Assembly (NCBI RefSeq): GCF_003790525.1
Contig: NZ_CP033635.1
Reading direction: 5' to 3' (one strand)
DNA length: 64,000 nucleotides
From: Escherichia coli
Lineage (GTDB): Bacteria; Pseudomonadota; Gammaproteobacteria; Enterobacterales; Enterobacteriaceae
Under the pieces are notes generated by a model. The model had not been told where the DNA came from. It searched no databases and saw nothing but the letters and a program-made list of their open reading frames with translations. Position numbers and translations under genes: made by a program. Shown piece after piece: positions 36,887 through 54,441 of the stretch. Position 1 is the first letter of the stretch; each line of letters starts with the position of its first letter.

Positions 36887-39514
36887 ATGAGCGACCTTGC
36901 GAGAGAAATTACACCGGTCAACATTGAGGAAGAGCTGAAGAGCTCCTATCTGGATTATGCGATGTCGGTCATTGTTGGCCGTGCGCTGCCGGATGTCCGA
37001 GATGGCCTGAAGCCGGTACACCGTCGCGTACTTTACGCCATGAACGTACTAGGCAATGACTGGAACAAAGCCTATAAAAAATCTGCCCGTGTCGTTGGTG
37101 ACGTAATCGGTAAATACCATCCCCATGGTGACTTGGCGGTTTATAACACGATCGTCCGTATGGCGCAGCCATTCTCGCTGCGTTACATGCTGGTAGACGG
37201 TCAGGGTAACTTCGGTTCCATCGACGGCGACTCTGCGGCGGCAATGCGTTATACGGAAATCCGTCTGGCGAAAATTGCCCATGAACTGATGGCCGATCTC
37301 GAAAAAGAGACGGTCGATTTCGTTGATAACTATGACGGCACGGAAAAAATTCCGGACGTCATGCCAACCAAAATTCCTAACCTGCTGGTGAACGGTTCTT
37401 CCGGTATCGCCGTAGGTATGGCAACCAACATCCCGCCGCACAACCTGACGGAAGTCATCAACGGTTGTCTGGCGTATATCGATGATGAAGACATCAGCAT
37501 TGAAGGGCTGATGGAACACATCCCGGGGCCGGACTTCCCGACGGCGGCAATCATTAACGGTCGTCGCGGTATTGAAGAAGCTTACCGTACCGGTCGTGGC
37601 AAGGTGTATATCCGCGCCCGTGCGGAAGTGGAAGTTGACGCCAAAACCGGGCGTGAAACCATTATCGTCCACGAAATTCCGTATCAGGTGAACAAAGCTC
37701 GCCTGATCGAAAAAATTGCGGAACTGGTAAAAGAAAAACGCGTGGAAGGTATCAGCGCGCTGCGTGACGAGTCTGACAAAGACGGTATGCGCATCGTGAT
37801 TGAAGTGAAACGCGATGCGGTCGGTGAAGTGGTGCTCAACAACCTCTATTCCCAGACCCAGTTGCAGGTTTCTTTCGGTATTAACATGGTGGCATTGCAC
37901 CATGGTCAGCCGAAGATCATGAACCTGAAAGACATCATCGCGGCGTTTGTTCGTCACCGCCGTGAAGTGGTGACCCGTCGTACTATTTTCGAACTGCGTA
38001 AAGCGCGCGATCGTGCTCATATCCTTGAAGCATTAGCCGTCGCGCTGGCAAACATTGACCCGATCATCGAACTGATCCGTCATGCGCCGACGCCTGCAGA
38101 AGCGAAAACGGCGCTGGTTGCTAATCCGTGGCAGCTGGGCAACGTTGCCGCGATGCTGGAACGAGCCGGCGACGATGCTGCGCGTCCGGAATGGCTGGAG
38201 CCAGAGTTCGGCGTGCGTGACGGTCTGTACTACCTGACCGAACAGCAAGCTCAGGCGATTCTGGATCTGCGTTTGCAGAAACTGACCGGCCTTGAGCACG
38301 AAAAACTGCTCGACGAATACAAAGAGCTGCTGGATCAGATCGCGGAACTGTTGCGTATTCTTGGTAGCGCCGATCGTCTGATGGAAGTGATCCGCGAAGA
38401 GCTGGAGCTGGTTCGTGAACAGTTCGGTGACAAACGTCGTACTGAAATCACCGCCAACAGCGCAGACATCAACCTGGAAGATCTGATCACCCAGGAAGAT
38501 GTGGTCGTGACGCTCTCTCACCAGGGCTACGTTAAATATCAGCCGCTTTCTGAATACGAAGCGCAGCGTCGTGGCGGGAAAGGTAAATCTGCCGCACGTA
38601 TTAAAGAAGAAGACTTTATCGACCGACTGCTGGTGGCGAATACCCACGACCATATTCTGTGCTTCTCCAGCCGTGGTCGCGTCTATTCGATGAAGGTTTA
38701 CCAGTTGCCAGAAGCTACTCGTGGCGCGCGCGGTCGTCCGATCGTCAACCTGCTGCCGCTGGAGCAGGACGAACGTATCACCGCGATCCTGCCGGTGACC
38801 GAGTTTGAAGAAGGCGTGAAAGTCTTCATGGCCACCGCTAACGGGACCGTGAAGAAAACCGTCCTCACCGAATTCAACCGTCTGCGTACCGCCGGTAAAG
38901 TGGCGATCAAACTGGTTGATGGCGATGAGCTGATCGGCGTTGACCTGACCAGCGGCGAAGATGAAGTAATGCTGTTCTCCGCCGAAGGTAAAGTGGTGCG
39001 CTTTAAAGAGTCTTCTGTCCGTGCGATGGGCTGCAACACCACCGGTGTTCGCGGTATTCGTTTAGGCGAAGGCGATAAAGTCGTCTCTCTGATCGTACCT
39101 CGTGGTGATGGCGCAATCCTCACCGCAACGCAGAACGGTTATGGTAAACGTACCGCAGTGGCGGAATACCCAACCAAGTCGCGTGCGACGAAAGGGGTTA
39201 TCTCCATCAAGGTTACCGAACGTAACGGTTTAGTGGTTGGCGCGGTGCAGGTAGATGACTGCGACCAGATCATGATGATCACCGATGCCGGTACGCTGGT
39301 ACGTACTCGCGTTTCAGAAATCAGCATCGTGGGCCGTAACACCCAGGGCGTGATCCTCATCCGTACTGCGGAAGATGAAAACGTAGTGGGTCTGCAACGT
39401 GTTGCTGAACCGGTTGACGAGGAAGATCTGGATACCATCGACGGCAGTGCCGCGGAAGGGGACGATGAAATCGCTCCGGAAGTGGACGTTGACGACGAGC
39501 CAGAAGAAGAATAA
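36887..39514 (+). CDS. gyrA: GyrA, DNA gyrase subunit A; QRDR carries Leu83 and Asn87
   Basis: 875-aa ORF, full-length GyrA. Codon 83 (37133-37135) is TTG (Leu) and codon 87 (37145-37147) is AAC (Asn), within [11 protein letters not shown]. Confidence 0.97.
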   Translation: MSDLAREITPVNIEEELKSSYLDYAMSVIVGRALPDVRDGLKPVHRRVLYAMNVLGNDWNKAYKKSARVVGDVIGKYHPHGDLAVYNTIVRMAQPFSLRYMLVDGQGNFGSIDGDSAAAMRYTEIRLAKIAHELMADLEKETVDFVDNYDGTEKIPDVMPTKIPNLLVNGSSGIAVGMATNIPPHNLTEVINGCLAYIDDEDISIEGLMEHIPGPDFPTAAIINGRRGIEEAYRTGRGKVYIRARAEVEVDAKTGRETIIVHEIPYQVNKARLIEKIAELVKEKRVEGISALRDESDKDGMRIVIEVKRDAVGEVVLNNLYSQTQLQVSFGINMVALHHGQPKIMNLKDIIAAFVRHRREVVTRRTIFELRKARDRAHILEALAVALANIDPIIELIRHAPTPAEAKTALVANPWQLGNVAAMLERAGDDAARPEWLEPEFGVRDGLYYLTEQQAQAILDLRLQKLTGLEHEKLLDEYKELLDQIAELLRILGSADRLMEVIREELELVREQFGDKRRTEITANSADINLEDLITQEDVVVTLSHQGYVKYQPLSEYEAQRRGGKGKSAARIKEEDFIDRLLVANTHDHILCFSSRGRVYSMKVYQLPEATRGARGRPIVNLLPLEQDERITAILPVTEFEEGVKVFMATANGTVKKTVLTEFNRLRTAGKVAIKLVDGDELIGVDLTSGEDEVMLFSAEGKVVRFKESSVRAMGCNTTGVRGIRLGEGDKVVSLIVPRGDGAILTATQNGYGKRTAVAEYPTKSRATKGVISIKVTERNGLVVGAVQVDDCDQIMMITDAGTLVRTRVSEISIVGRNTQGVILIRTAEDENVVGLQRVAEPVDEEDLDTIDGSAAEGDDEIAPEVDVDDEPEEE

Positions 39515-39525
39515 TTTTACGTCTT

Positions 39526-39548
39526 CATGCCAAAAGGGAGATATCTCC
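39526..39548 (+). terminator. Hairpin terminator after gyrA
   Basis: aaagggagat-atctcccttgttt; 14-bp palindrome gggagatatctccc followed by a short T-rich stretch. Confidence 0.6.
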
Positions 39549-39662
39549 CTTGTTTGAATTGAAAAGTCCAGGCTGCAAAGTCTGGGCTTTTGTCGTATTA
39601 GGGCGCGGTAAAGTTTTGCTGTGCTCGTAAAAAATGGCTGGCTTTACACAAGGAATGTGGCA

Positions 39663-46509
<6,847 letters not shown>

Positions 46510-48159
46510 GTGAACTGGCGCAGAATCGTCTGGCTATTAGCGTTGGTTACTCTGCCAACGCTTGCGGAGGAGACGTCGTTACAACTGGCGCTGCGGGGCG
46601 CGCAGCATGACCAACTGTATCAGTTATCGTCGTCAGGCGTGACCAAAGTCTCGGCATTACCTGACACGCTCACCACGCCGTTAGGGAGTTTGTGGAAACT
46701 GTATGTTTACGCCTGGCTGGAGGATACCCATCAACCGGAGCAGCCCTACCAGTGTCGCGGAAACTCCCCGGAAGAGGTTTATTGTTGTCAGGCTGGGGAG
46801 AGTATAACGCGCGATACCGCGCTGGTACGTTCCTGTGGGCTCTATTTTGCGCCGCAGCGGTTGCATATTGGCGCAGATGTGTGGGGGCAATATTGGCAAC
46901 AGCGTCAGGCACCTGCGTGGTTAGCGTCTCTTACTACGCTGAAGCCAGAAACCTCGGTAACGGTTAAATCGCTGCTTGATTCATTAGCGACGTTACCTGC
47001 GCAAAACAAAGCTCAGGAAGTTTTACTGGATGTGGTGCTGGACGAGGCGAAAATCGGTGTCGCATCCATGCTCGGTAGTCGGGTACGGGTGAAAACCTGG
47101 AGCTGGTTTGCCGATGATAAACAGGAAATCCGTCAGGGTGGTTTTGCCGGCTGGTTAACCGATGGTACACCGCTGTGGGTGACTGGCAGTGGCACCAGCA
47201 AAACGGTACTGACCCGTTATGCGACGGTGCTTAATCGGGTTTTGCCAGTGCCGACGCAGGTTGCCAGTGGGCAATGTGTCCTGGTGGAGCTGTTTGCCCG
47301 CTATCCGCTGAAGAAAATCGCAGCGGAAAAGAGTACGACGGCAGTAAAACCCGGCGTACTTAATGGGCGCTATCGTGTGACGTTCGCCAATGGTAACCAC
47401 ATTACGTTTGTCAGCCACGGTGAGACGACCTTACTGAGCGAAAAGGGCAAACTGAAATTGCAGTCGCATCTCGATCGTGAAGAGTATGTTGCCAGAGTTC
47501 TGGATCGCGAGGCGAAAAGTACGCCCCCTGAGGCAGCGAAAGCCATGACCGTGGCGATACGCACTTTTTTACAGCAAAACGCCAATCGGGAAGGCGATTG
47601 CCTGACCATCTCTGACAGCAGCGCCACACAGCGTGTTTCGGCTTCGCCAGCGACCACGGGGGCGCGAACGATGACCGCCTGGACGCAGGATCTTATCTAT
47701 GCGGGCGATCCGGTTCATTATCACGGCAGTCGCGCTACCGAAGGGACGCTTTCCTGGCGGCAAGCCACGGCCCAGGCGGGGCAGGGAGAGCGTTACGACC
47801 AGATACTCGCGTTTGCTTATCCCGATAACAGCCTTAGCCGCTGGGGAGCGCCACGCTCAACCTGTCAGTTATTACCCAAAGCGAAAGCCTGGCTGGCGAA
47901 AAAAATGCCGCAGTGGCGGCGTATATTGCAAGGCGAGACGGGCTACAACGAACCAGACGTGTTTGCGGTCTGTCGTTTAGTCTCAGGTTTCCCCTATACC
48001 GATCGGCAGCAGAAACGGCTGTTTATTCGTAACTTCTTTACGCTTCAGGATCGGCTGGATTTAACCCATGAGTATCTGCACCTGGCCTTTGATGGTTATC
48101 CCACCGGGCTTGATGAGAACTATATCGAAACGCTGACCCGACAATTATTAATGGACTAA
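46510..48159 (+). CDS. yfaQ: YfaQ, DUF2300-family exported protein
   Basis: 549-aa ORF starting at GTG directly after the yfaS stop; signal peptide (…LPTLAEE). Confidence 0.8.
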   Translation: MNWRRIVWLLALVTLPTLAEETSLQLALRGAQHDQLYQLSSSGVTKVSALPDTLTTPLGSLWKLYVYAWLEDTHQPEQPYQCRGNSPEEVYCCQAGESITRDTALVRSCGLYFAPQRLHIGADVWGQYWQQRQAPAWLASLTTLKPETSVTVKSLLDSLATLPAQNKAQEVLLDVVLDEAKIGVASMLGSRVRVKTWSWFADDKQEIRQGGFAGWLTDGTPLWVTGSGTSKTVLTRYATVLNRVLPVPTQVASGQCVLVELFARYPLKKIAAEKSTTAVKPGVLNGRYRVTFANGNHITFVSHGETTLLSEKGKLKLQSHLDREEYVARVLDREAKSTPPEAAKAMTVAIRTFLQQNANREGDCLTISDSSATQRVSASPATTGARTMTAWTQDLIYAGDPVHYHGSRATEGTLSWRQATAQAGQGERYDQILAFAYPDNSLSRWGAPRSTCQLLPKAKAWLAKKMPQWRRILQGETGYNEPDVFAVCRLVSGFPYTDRQQKRLFIRNFFTLQDRLDLTHEYLHLAFDGYPTGLDENYIETLTRQLLMD

Positions 48160-48163
48160 TGCT

Positions 48164-48940
48164 ATGCGAAAGATTTTTCTTCCGTTGTTACTGGTGGCGC
48201 TTTCGCCTGTCGCTCACAGTGAAGGTGTGCAGGAAGTCGAGATTGATGCACCGCTCTCTGGCTGGCATCCGGCAGAGGGCGAAGATGCCAGTTTTTCACA
48301 ATCGATCAATTACCCGGCGTCGTCCGTCAACATGGCAGATGATCAAAATATCTCAGCGCAGATCCGCGGCAAAATAAAGAATTATGCTGCGGCGGGTAAA
48401 GTTCAGCAGGGCCGGCTGGTGGTCAACGGTGCCAGTATGCCGCAGAGAATTGAATCCGATGGTTCATTTGCACGCCCTTATATTTTCACGGAAGGCAGCA
48501 ACAGCGTGCAGGTCATCAGCCCGGATGGGCAAAGCCGGCAAAAAATGCAGTTTTACTCAACGCCGGGTGCTGGAGTGATCCGCGCGCGTTTACGACTGGT
48601 TCTCTCGTGGGATACGGACGATACCGACCTCGACCTTCACGTTGTTACGCCCGATGGCGAACACGCCTGGTACGGTAACACCGTGCTGAACAACAGTGGT
48701 GCACTGGATATGGATGTCACGACGGGGTACGGCCCCGAGATTTTCGCCATGCCAGCGCCAGTTCACGGGCGCTATCAGGTGTATATCAACTACTATGGCG
48801 GACGCAGCGAAACGGAATTAACCACCGCCCAACTGACGCTGATCACCGATGAAGGATCGGTCAATGAGAAACAGGAAACATTTATTGTACCGATGCGTAA
48901 TGCTGGCGAGCTGACGCTGGTGAAAAGTTTTGACTGGTGA
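48164..48940 (+). CDS. yfaP: YfaP, DUF2135-family exported protein
   Basis: 258-aa ORF with signal peptide (MRKIFLPLLLVALSPVAHSE), 4 nt after yfaQ. Confidence 0.8.
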   Translation: MRKIFLPLLLVALSPVAHSEGVQEVEIDAPLSGWHPAEGEDASFSQSINYPASSVNMADDQNISAQIRGKIKNYAAAGKVQQGRLVVNGASMPQRIESDGSFARPYIFTEGSNSVQVISPDGQSRQKMQFYSTPGAGVIRARLRLVLSWDTDDTDLDLHVVTPDGEHAWYGNTVLNNSGALDMDVTTGYGPEIFAMPAPVHGRYQVYINYYGGRSETELTTAQLTLITDEGSVNEKQETFIVPMRNAGELTLVKSFDW

Positions 48941-48977
48941 TTAATGGGGTTACCTTCGCCGTCGATGTTCAAGAAAA

Positions 48978-49010
48978 CGCCCGATAACTTTCGCTATCGG
49001 GTGTTTTTAT
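48978..49010. terminator. Bidirectional rho-independent terminator between convergent yfaP and atoB
   Basis: aaaacgcccgata-actttcgc-tatcgggtgttttt; stem flanked by A-run and T-run so it can act on either strand. Confidence 0.7.
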
Positions 49011-49013
49011 TGG

Positions 49014-50198
49014 TTAATTCAACCGTTCAATCACCATCGCAATTCCCTGGCCGCCACCAATGCACAGTGTTGCCAGCCCCAGCGTTTTATCGCGTGCCTG
49101 CATGGCATGTAATAGTGTGACCAGAATACGAGCACCACTGGCACCGATAGGATGCCCGAGCGCGATGGCCCCGCCGTTGACATTCACTTTCTCAGAATCA
49201 AAGCCCAGGGTTTTCCCAACGGCAAGGAACTGTGCGGCAAATGCTTCATTAGCCTCAATGAGATCAATATCCGCCAGTTGCAGCCCCGCCAGTTGTAACG
49301 CTTTTTGCGTGGCAGGTACTGGTCCCATACCCATCAATGCGGGGGGCACGCCACCGCTGGCATAACTTTTAATGCGAGCCAGGGGGGTAAGGCCTGCTGC
49401 CAGCGCCGCAGATTCTTCCATAATCACCAGAGCGGCAGCACCGTCATTAATACCAGACGCGTTCCCGGCGGTGACTGTTCCTGCTTTATCGAAGGCCGGG
49501 CGCAATGCACCTAACGCTTCAGCCGTTGAATTCGCTTTCGGGAATTCGTCTTGACTGAAGACGAAGGTTTTCTTCCGGGTGACAATATTTACCGGGACGA
49601 TTTCGGCTGTAAAAGCACCGGACTCAATTGCGGCTGCCGCTTTACGCTGTGAATGTAGCGCCAGTTCATCCTGCATTTCTCGGGTAATTCCGTACTCTTT
49701 GGCCACGTTCTCGGCGGTAATCCCCATATGATAACCATGAGTGGCGCACATCAGACCATCGCGCAGGATTACGTCATAAACCTGTCCGTCTCCAAGACGA
49801 TAACCAGAGCGTGCTTTTGCATCGAGTAAGTAGGGCGCTAAACTCATATTTTCCATACCCCCCGCCACAATGCTTTGCGCCTGACCTGCCTGAATTGCCT
49901 GGGCGGCAAGCGCCACACTTTTAAGACCCGAACCACACACTTTATTGACCGTGAATCCGCACACCGTTTCTGCCAGCCCGCTTTTTAACAGTGCCTGACG
50001 CGCCGGATTTTGCCCCAGCCCGGCTTGCAACACGTTACCCATAATCACTTCATCAATGTGTAGTGAATCGATTTTTGCACGTTCAATGGCGGCTTTAATT
50101 ACTGTCGCCCCCAGGTCGATGGCGCTGGTGGAAGCGAGTGAACCGTTAAAACTACCGATAGCAGTACGTACCGCACTGACGATGACACAATTTTTCAT
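49014..50198 (-). CDS. atoB: AtoB, acetyl-CoA acetyltransferase (thiolase II)
   Basis: 394-aa ORF, thiolase family ([21 protein letters not shown]…). Confidence 0.95.
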   Translation of the reverse strand: MKNCVIVSAVRTAIGSFNGSLASTSAIDLGATVIKAAIERAKIDSLHIDEVIMGNVLQAGLGQNPARQALLKSGLAETVCGFTVNKVCGSGLKSVALAAQAIQAGQAQSIVAGGMENMSLAPYLLDAKARSGYRLGDGQVYDVILRDGLMCATHGYHMGITAENVAKEYGITREMQDELALHSQRKAAAAIESGAFTAEIVPVNIVTRKKTFVFSQDEFPKANSTAEALGALRPAFDKAGTVTAGNASGINDGAAALVIMEESAALAAGLTPLARIKSYASGGVPPALMGMGPVPATQKALQLAGLQLADIDLIEANEAFAAQFLAVGKTLGFDSEKVNVNGGAIALGHPIGASGARILVTLLHAMQARDKTLGLATLCIGGGQGIAMVIERLN

Positions 50199-50228
50199 TT
50201 TATATTCCTTCTGTCTGTAGGGTTGCCG

Positions 50229-51551
50229 TCAGAACAGCGTTAAACCAATGACGAAAATGACGCCGGAGAAGAGCAGGGCAGTGATGCAATAGCCCATGAT
50301 GTCGCGGACACCGAGTCCGGCGATTGCCAGTGCTGGCAGCGCCCAGAACGGTTGTGCCATGTTCATCCATTGCTCGCCGTAGGCGATCGCCATTACCGAT
50401 TTACCGAGATCAGCGCCCAGCGCCTGGGCTGCGGGTATCACGAAAGGTCCCTGAATAACCCAGTGACCGCCGCCAGACGGAACGGCGAAGTTAATCAGTG
50501 CAGAACTAAAAAAGGTCATTACCGGGAAGGTGTCTTTGTTCGCAACATTGATGAAGAATTCGGTAATGAGTCCGCCCAGACCGGAATGCTCCATCATCAG
50601 TTGGATCCCAGCGTAGAAGGGGAATTGCACCAGAATACCGGCAGTACTCCGTGCTGCCGCGCTGATAGCACGCATATAAGCCATTGGCGTTTTATGTAGC
50701 AGCAGACCCGCAATCATAAACATCAGGTTGACGGTATTGATGGTGATGTTGAAGCCATGTTCGCTGAAGTACATCGCAAGGTAAGCGATACCGAGTGCGC
50801 CGATGATCAACGTCAGAATGCGGCTTTCTTCCAGTCGCTCGGATGGTGGGGCATCTTTCGGTAGCTGCTTTTGGAAATCAGCCTCTTCCATGAGTAGTTT
50901 CGGATCGATACTCACCACGTCAGACGGTTTTGGCATCATCATGCGGGTGATAAATGGCATCACCACAATCAACGCCACAGTGATGAAAATGTTAAAACCA
51001 CTGAACAGAGTATCGCCCACCGGGATCAGCCCGGCGATATGCTCAACCGGGTTGCCCGGTGTTGCAGCCAACAGAGGCATTGAGCCAGAGAAACCGCCAC
51101 CCCAGGTGAGAAAACTAATGTAGGCGCAGGCAATGAGCAACGGATAATCAGAACCGGGTACTCGGCGGGCGACTTCACGGGCAAACATTGCGCCGACAAC
51201 CAAACCAAATCCCCAGTTGATGACACAAGCGACTGAACCGAAGAAAGTAACCAGCATGACGCCCTGTACGGGCGTCTTTGCGGCGGAGGCGGCAGTACGC
51301 AGCAAACTTTTTACCGGAGCAGAGCTGGCAAGGGCATGACCGGTAACGATGATAAGCGCCATCTGCATACCAAACGCCAGCAAGTTCCAGAAACCGTCAC
51401 CCCACATTTTCACCATGCTGATCGGCGTTTGTGGTGTTAACCAAAGCGCGATCACGAATGTTAGCAATGTCAGCAACATGGCAAAGATCAGTGGATCGGG
51501 AAGCCACCGGCTGACAAAACGCGTCATAAAACGCGATATGCGACCAATCAT
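50229..51551 (-). CDS. atoE: AtoE, short-chain fatty acid transporter
   Basis: 440-aa polytopic membrane ORF between atoA and atoB. Confidence 0.9.
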   Translation of the reverse strand: MIGRISRFMTRFVSRWLPDPLIFAMLLTLLTFVIALWLTPQTPISMVKMWGDGFWNLLAFGMQMALIIVTGHALASSAPVKSLLRTAASAAKTPVQGVMLVTFFGSVACVINWGFGLVVGAMFAREVARRVPGSDYPLLIACAYISFLTWGGGFSGSMPLLAATPGNPVEHIAGLIPVGDTLFSGFNIFITVALIVVMPFITRMMMPKPSDVVSIDPKLLMEEADFQKQLPKDAPPSERLEESRILTLIIGALGIAYLAMYFSEHGFNITINTVNLMFMIAGLLLHKTPMAYMRAISAAARSTAGILVQFPFYAGIQLMMEHSGLGGLITEFFINVANKDTFPVMTFFSSALINFAVPSGGGHWVIQGPFVIPAAQALGADLGKSVMAIAYGEQWMNMAQPFWALPALAIAGLGVRDIMGYCITALLFSGVIFVIGLTLF

Positions 51552-52198
51552 AAATCACCCCGTTGCGTATTCAGATCGGCAGCTACTTCAAACCGAGCTT
51601 CTGTTTTGGCACGCACGGTGGCTAAATCACACCCGTCGGCAATTTCGGTGAGCCACATTTTGCCGTCAATAAAACGAAAGACAGCCAGTTCAGTAACCAG
51701 CATATGCACCGCATGTTGCGCAGTGAGAGGCATGGTGCAGCGGCGCAAAATTTTTGCTGAACCATCTTTGGCGCAATGTTCCATGGCGATGATCACTTTG
51801 CGCGACCCGGTCACCAGATCCATCGCGCCACCCATACCGGGCACCATTTTCCCAGGCACTACCCAGTTCGCGAGGTTTGCTTCTTCGTCTACTTGCAAAC
51901 CGCCGAGCACGCAGGCATCAATATGACCGCCACGGATTAGCGCAAATGACATGGCGCTATCAAACATGGCTGCACCGGGTAAAACACCGCACGGTTGTCC
52001 GCCAGCGTTCACCAGATCTGGATGCGCTGTCGTGACCGGGCCTAAACCGAGGAAGCCGTTTTCCGATTGCAGAGTGATATGAATACCCTCCGGTAAATAA
52101 TTGGCGACCATTGTGGGTAAACCGATCCCTAAGTTAACGATGTCACCATCACGAAGCTCTTGCGCCACACGGCGCGCAATACGTTGTTTCGCATCCAT
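51548..52198 (-). CDS. atoA: AtoA, acetate CoA-transferase beta subunit
   Basis: 216-aa ORF, CoA-transferase family I subunit B. Confidence 0.95.
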   Translation of the reverse strand: MDAKQRIARRVAQELRDGDIVNLGIGLPTMVANYLPEGIHITLQSENGFLGLGPVTTAHPDLVNAGGQPCGVLPGAAMFDSAMSFALIRGGHIDACVLGGLQVDEEANLANWVVPGKMVPGMGGAMDLVTGSRKVIIAMEHCAKDGSAKILRRCTMPLTAQHAVHMLVTELAVFRFIDGKMWLTEIADGCDLATVRAKTEARFEVAADLNTQRGDL

Positions 52199-52860
52199 TA
52201 TTTGCTCTCCTGTGAAACGATGATGTGGTCGATAACGGCACCAGGGGTGACAATATGGTCAGGTTGCAGCTCGCCGGTTTCGACCAGTTCATCTGGCTCT
52301 ACCAGCGTGATATCAGCCGCAAGGGCTATCAGGGGGTTAAAGTTGCGGGCGCTAAGGTGATAGGTCAGGTTGCCAAGTGTGTCGCAACGATGAGCGCGAA
52401 TTAGCGCCAGGTCGGCGCGCAGCGGGCGTTCGAGCAGCCAGGTTTTACCGTCGAGTGTCAGTGTCTGTTTGCCTTCCTCTACGACGGTACCGACACCTGT
52501 TGGGGTGAGAAAACCACCAAGTCCAGCTCCACCACAGCGAATTTGCTCGATTAGCGTACCTTGCGGCACCAGAACGACGTCCATCTCACCAGAAATCATG
52601 CGCCGACCTGTTTCCGGGTTGGTACCGATATGTGAAGCAATCACTTTGCGGACTCGACCATTGACGATGAGCGGACCGATGCCGGTATCAACAAACGCGG
52701 TATCATTGGCTATCAATGTCAGGTCGCGAACACCAGATTCCAGTAATACTTCAACCAGGCGGGATGGAGTGCCAATCCCCATAAATCCGCCCACCATGAT
52801 GGTCATGCCGTCACGAAAGAAGCCGGTGGCGTCTTGTAATGTCATCAATTTTGTTTTCAT
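52198..52860 (-). CDS. atoD: AtoD, acetate CoA-transferase alpha subunit
   Basis: 220-aa ORF, CoA-transferase family I subunit A. Confidence 0.95.
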   Translation of the reverse strand: MKTKLMTLQDATGFFRDGMTIMVGGFMGIGTPSRLVEVLLESGVRDLTLIANDTAFVDTGIGPLIVNGRVRKVIASHIGTNPETGRRMISGEMDVVLVPQGTLIEQIRCGGAGLGGFLTPTGVGTVVEEGKQTLTLDGKTWLLERPLRADLALIRAHRCDTLGNLTYHLSARNFNPLIALAADITLVEPDELVETGELQPDHIVTPGAVIDHIIVSQESK

Positions 52861-52905
52861 TTTTTATCCCTCTTGCATACACCGTTGTGGGTACAGTCAG
52901 GGAAT

Positions 52906-52921
52906 AGCAAGGGGAGTGCCA
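52906..52921 (-). promoter_or_regulatory. Sigma-54 (-24/-12) promoter of atoDAEB
   Basis: Minus strand reads TGGCAC-tcccc-TTGCT, matching TGGCAC-N5-TTGCW, about 45-60 bp upstream of the atoD start. Confidence 0.65.
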
Positions 52922-53003
52922 GAATGAGATTATTGGGGGTTGTTATTTAACTAATTGAATAGAAAAGGATAAATTAGATGGGGGTTTATAAGGAGAATGA
53001 GCG

Positions 53004-53044
53004 GCTATGCAGAAAATTGCGCACTGTGCAAATTTCTGCATAGC
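53004..53044. promoter_or_regulatory. AtoC enhancer-binding site (imperfect 20-bp inverted repeat)
   Basis: gctatgcagaaaattgcgcac / gtgcaaatttctgcatagc palindrome about 85-125 bp upstream of the sigma-54 promoter. Confidence 0.7.
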
Positions 53045-53055
53045 AAGTTTTGGCG

Positions 53056-54441
53056 TTATACATCCGCCGGATCGATACCGTATTCCTGGAGTTTATACAT
53101 CAATGCACGGCGACTGATGCCCAGCATTAACGCAGTGCGGGTTCGGTTTCCTTCTTGTTGTTCCAGCACTTCCATAATGATGCGTTTTTCGACGCGTTTA
53201 ATTTCCTCTTTTAAATTACGCTCACCGACAGGGGCTGTTTTTGCCTCACCAGCATTACAGACTGGCTGACGAATCTGCGGCGGAAGATCCTCAGAGAAAA
53301 TGATCGGGCCTGAGTTCATCACGACGGCGCGTTCAATGACGTTGGAAAGCTCTCGAATATTACCCGGCCATGACCAGGCGGTAAGCAGCGACATTGCCAT
53401 CGGATCGATGTCGATAATATCGCGCTGATTCTCACTACTGAATTTTTGCAAAAAGTGATTAGCTAACAGGGAAATATCTTCCCGGCGATCGCGCAGAGGC
53501 GGTAGTATTAAATGAATAACGTTAAGGCGATAAAAGAGATCTTCACGGAAGGTGCCTTCTTTCACCATTGCCTGCAAGTCGCGGTTGGTGGCAGCAATGA
53601 TGCGGATATCAACTTTTATGGTCTGATGACCGCCAATCCGTTCAAATTCCCGTTCCTGCAGAATGCGTAGTAATTTGGCTTGCAGTACCAGCGGCATTTC
53701 GCCAATTTCGTCGAGGAGCAGAGTACCTTCGTTGGCACGTTCAAATAATCCCTGACGTAAGGTTTGTGCACCAGTAAATGCGCCTTTTTCATGACCAAAC
53801 AGTTCACTTTCGAGCAACGATTCCGGCAGTGCCGCGCAGTTGACTTTAATGAACGGCCCCTTTGCCCTCCGCGAATTGTAGTGAATCGCTCTGGCAATCA
53901 ACTCTTTCCCGGTGCCGCTTTCACCGCTAATCAAGACGCTGGCCTGAGAAAGGGCAATTTTGGCGGTGTCTTTGCAGATGTCCATCATCGCCGGGCTGTT
54001 GGTGAGAATGTGCCCCCATTGCCAGCTGGTGCTCAGTGCCTGGTGCAGATGACGGATCTCTTTTTTCATTGACTGGAGTTGTAAAGTGCGCTGAACGATT
54101 AAATTCAACTCATCGAGATCAAACGGTTTGATAACATAGTCGAAGGCTCCGCAGCGTAGTGCTTCGACGGCGGTTTCCACTTCAGCATAGGCCGTCATCA
54201 GAATAACGGGTGTCCGGGTCTCATGGCTGCGCATCTCCTTGAGTGCCTTGATGCCGTCCATCTCTGGCATGCGGATATCCATCAACACCACGTCAGGGTG
54301 AATATCGGCAAACAGGTGTAATGCTGTGCGCCCGTTGTTCGCACAATGTGTTTCGAATCCTTGTAGTGCAAAAGCGGTGCTCAGCATACGGCGAACATTA
54401 TCTTCATCATCCACAATAAGGATGCGATTAATAGCAGTCAT
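53056..54441 (-). CDS. atoC: AtoC, NtrC-family sigma-54-dependent response regulator
   Basis: 461-aa ORF with receiver domain, AAA+ sigma-54 activation domain (GESGTGKE, GAFTGA) and C-terminal HTH. Confidence 0.95.
   Translation of the reverse strand: MTAINRILIVDDEDNVRRMLSTAFALQGFETHCANNGRTALHLFADIHPDVVLMDIRMPEMDGIKALKEMRSHETRTPVILMTAYAEVETAVEALRCGAFDYVIKPFDLDELNLIVQRTLQLQSMKKEIRHLHQALSTSWQWGHILTNSPAMMDICKDTAKIALSQASVLISGESGTGKELIARAIHYNSRRAKGPFIKVNCAALPESLLESELFGHEKGAFTGAQTLRQGLFERANEGTLLLDEIGEMPLVLQAKLLRILQEREFERIGGHQTIKVDIRIIAATNRDLQAMVKEGTFREDLFYRLNVIHLILPPLRDRREDISLLANHFLQKFSSENQRDIIDIDPMAMSLLTAWSWPGNIRELSNVIERAVVMNSGPIIFSEDLPPQIRQPVCNAGEAKTAPVGERNLKEEIKRVEKRIIMEVLEQQEGNRTRTALMLGISRRALMYKLQEYGIDPADV

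Noticed and set aside
37049-38653. 323-aa and 206-aa ORFs antisense to gyrA
   Set aside because: Antisense frames inside an essential, highly conserved gene; no RBS, and the translations are low-complexity with no recognisable domain.
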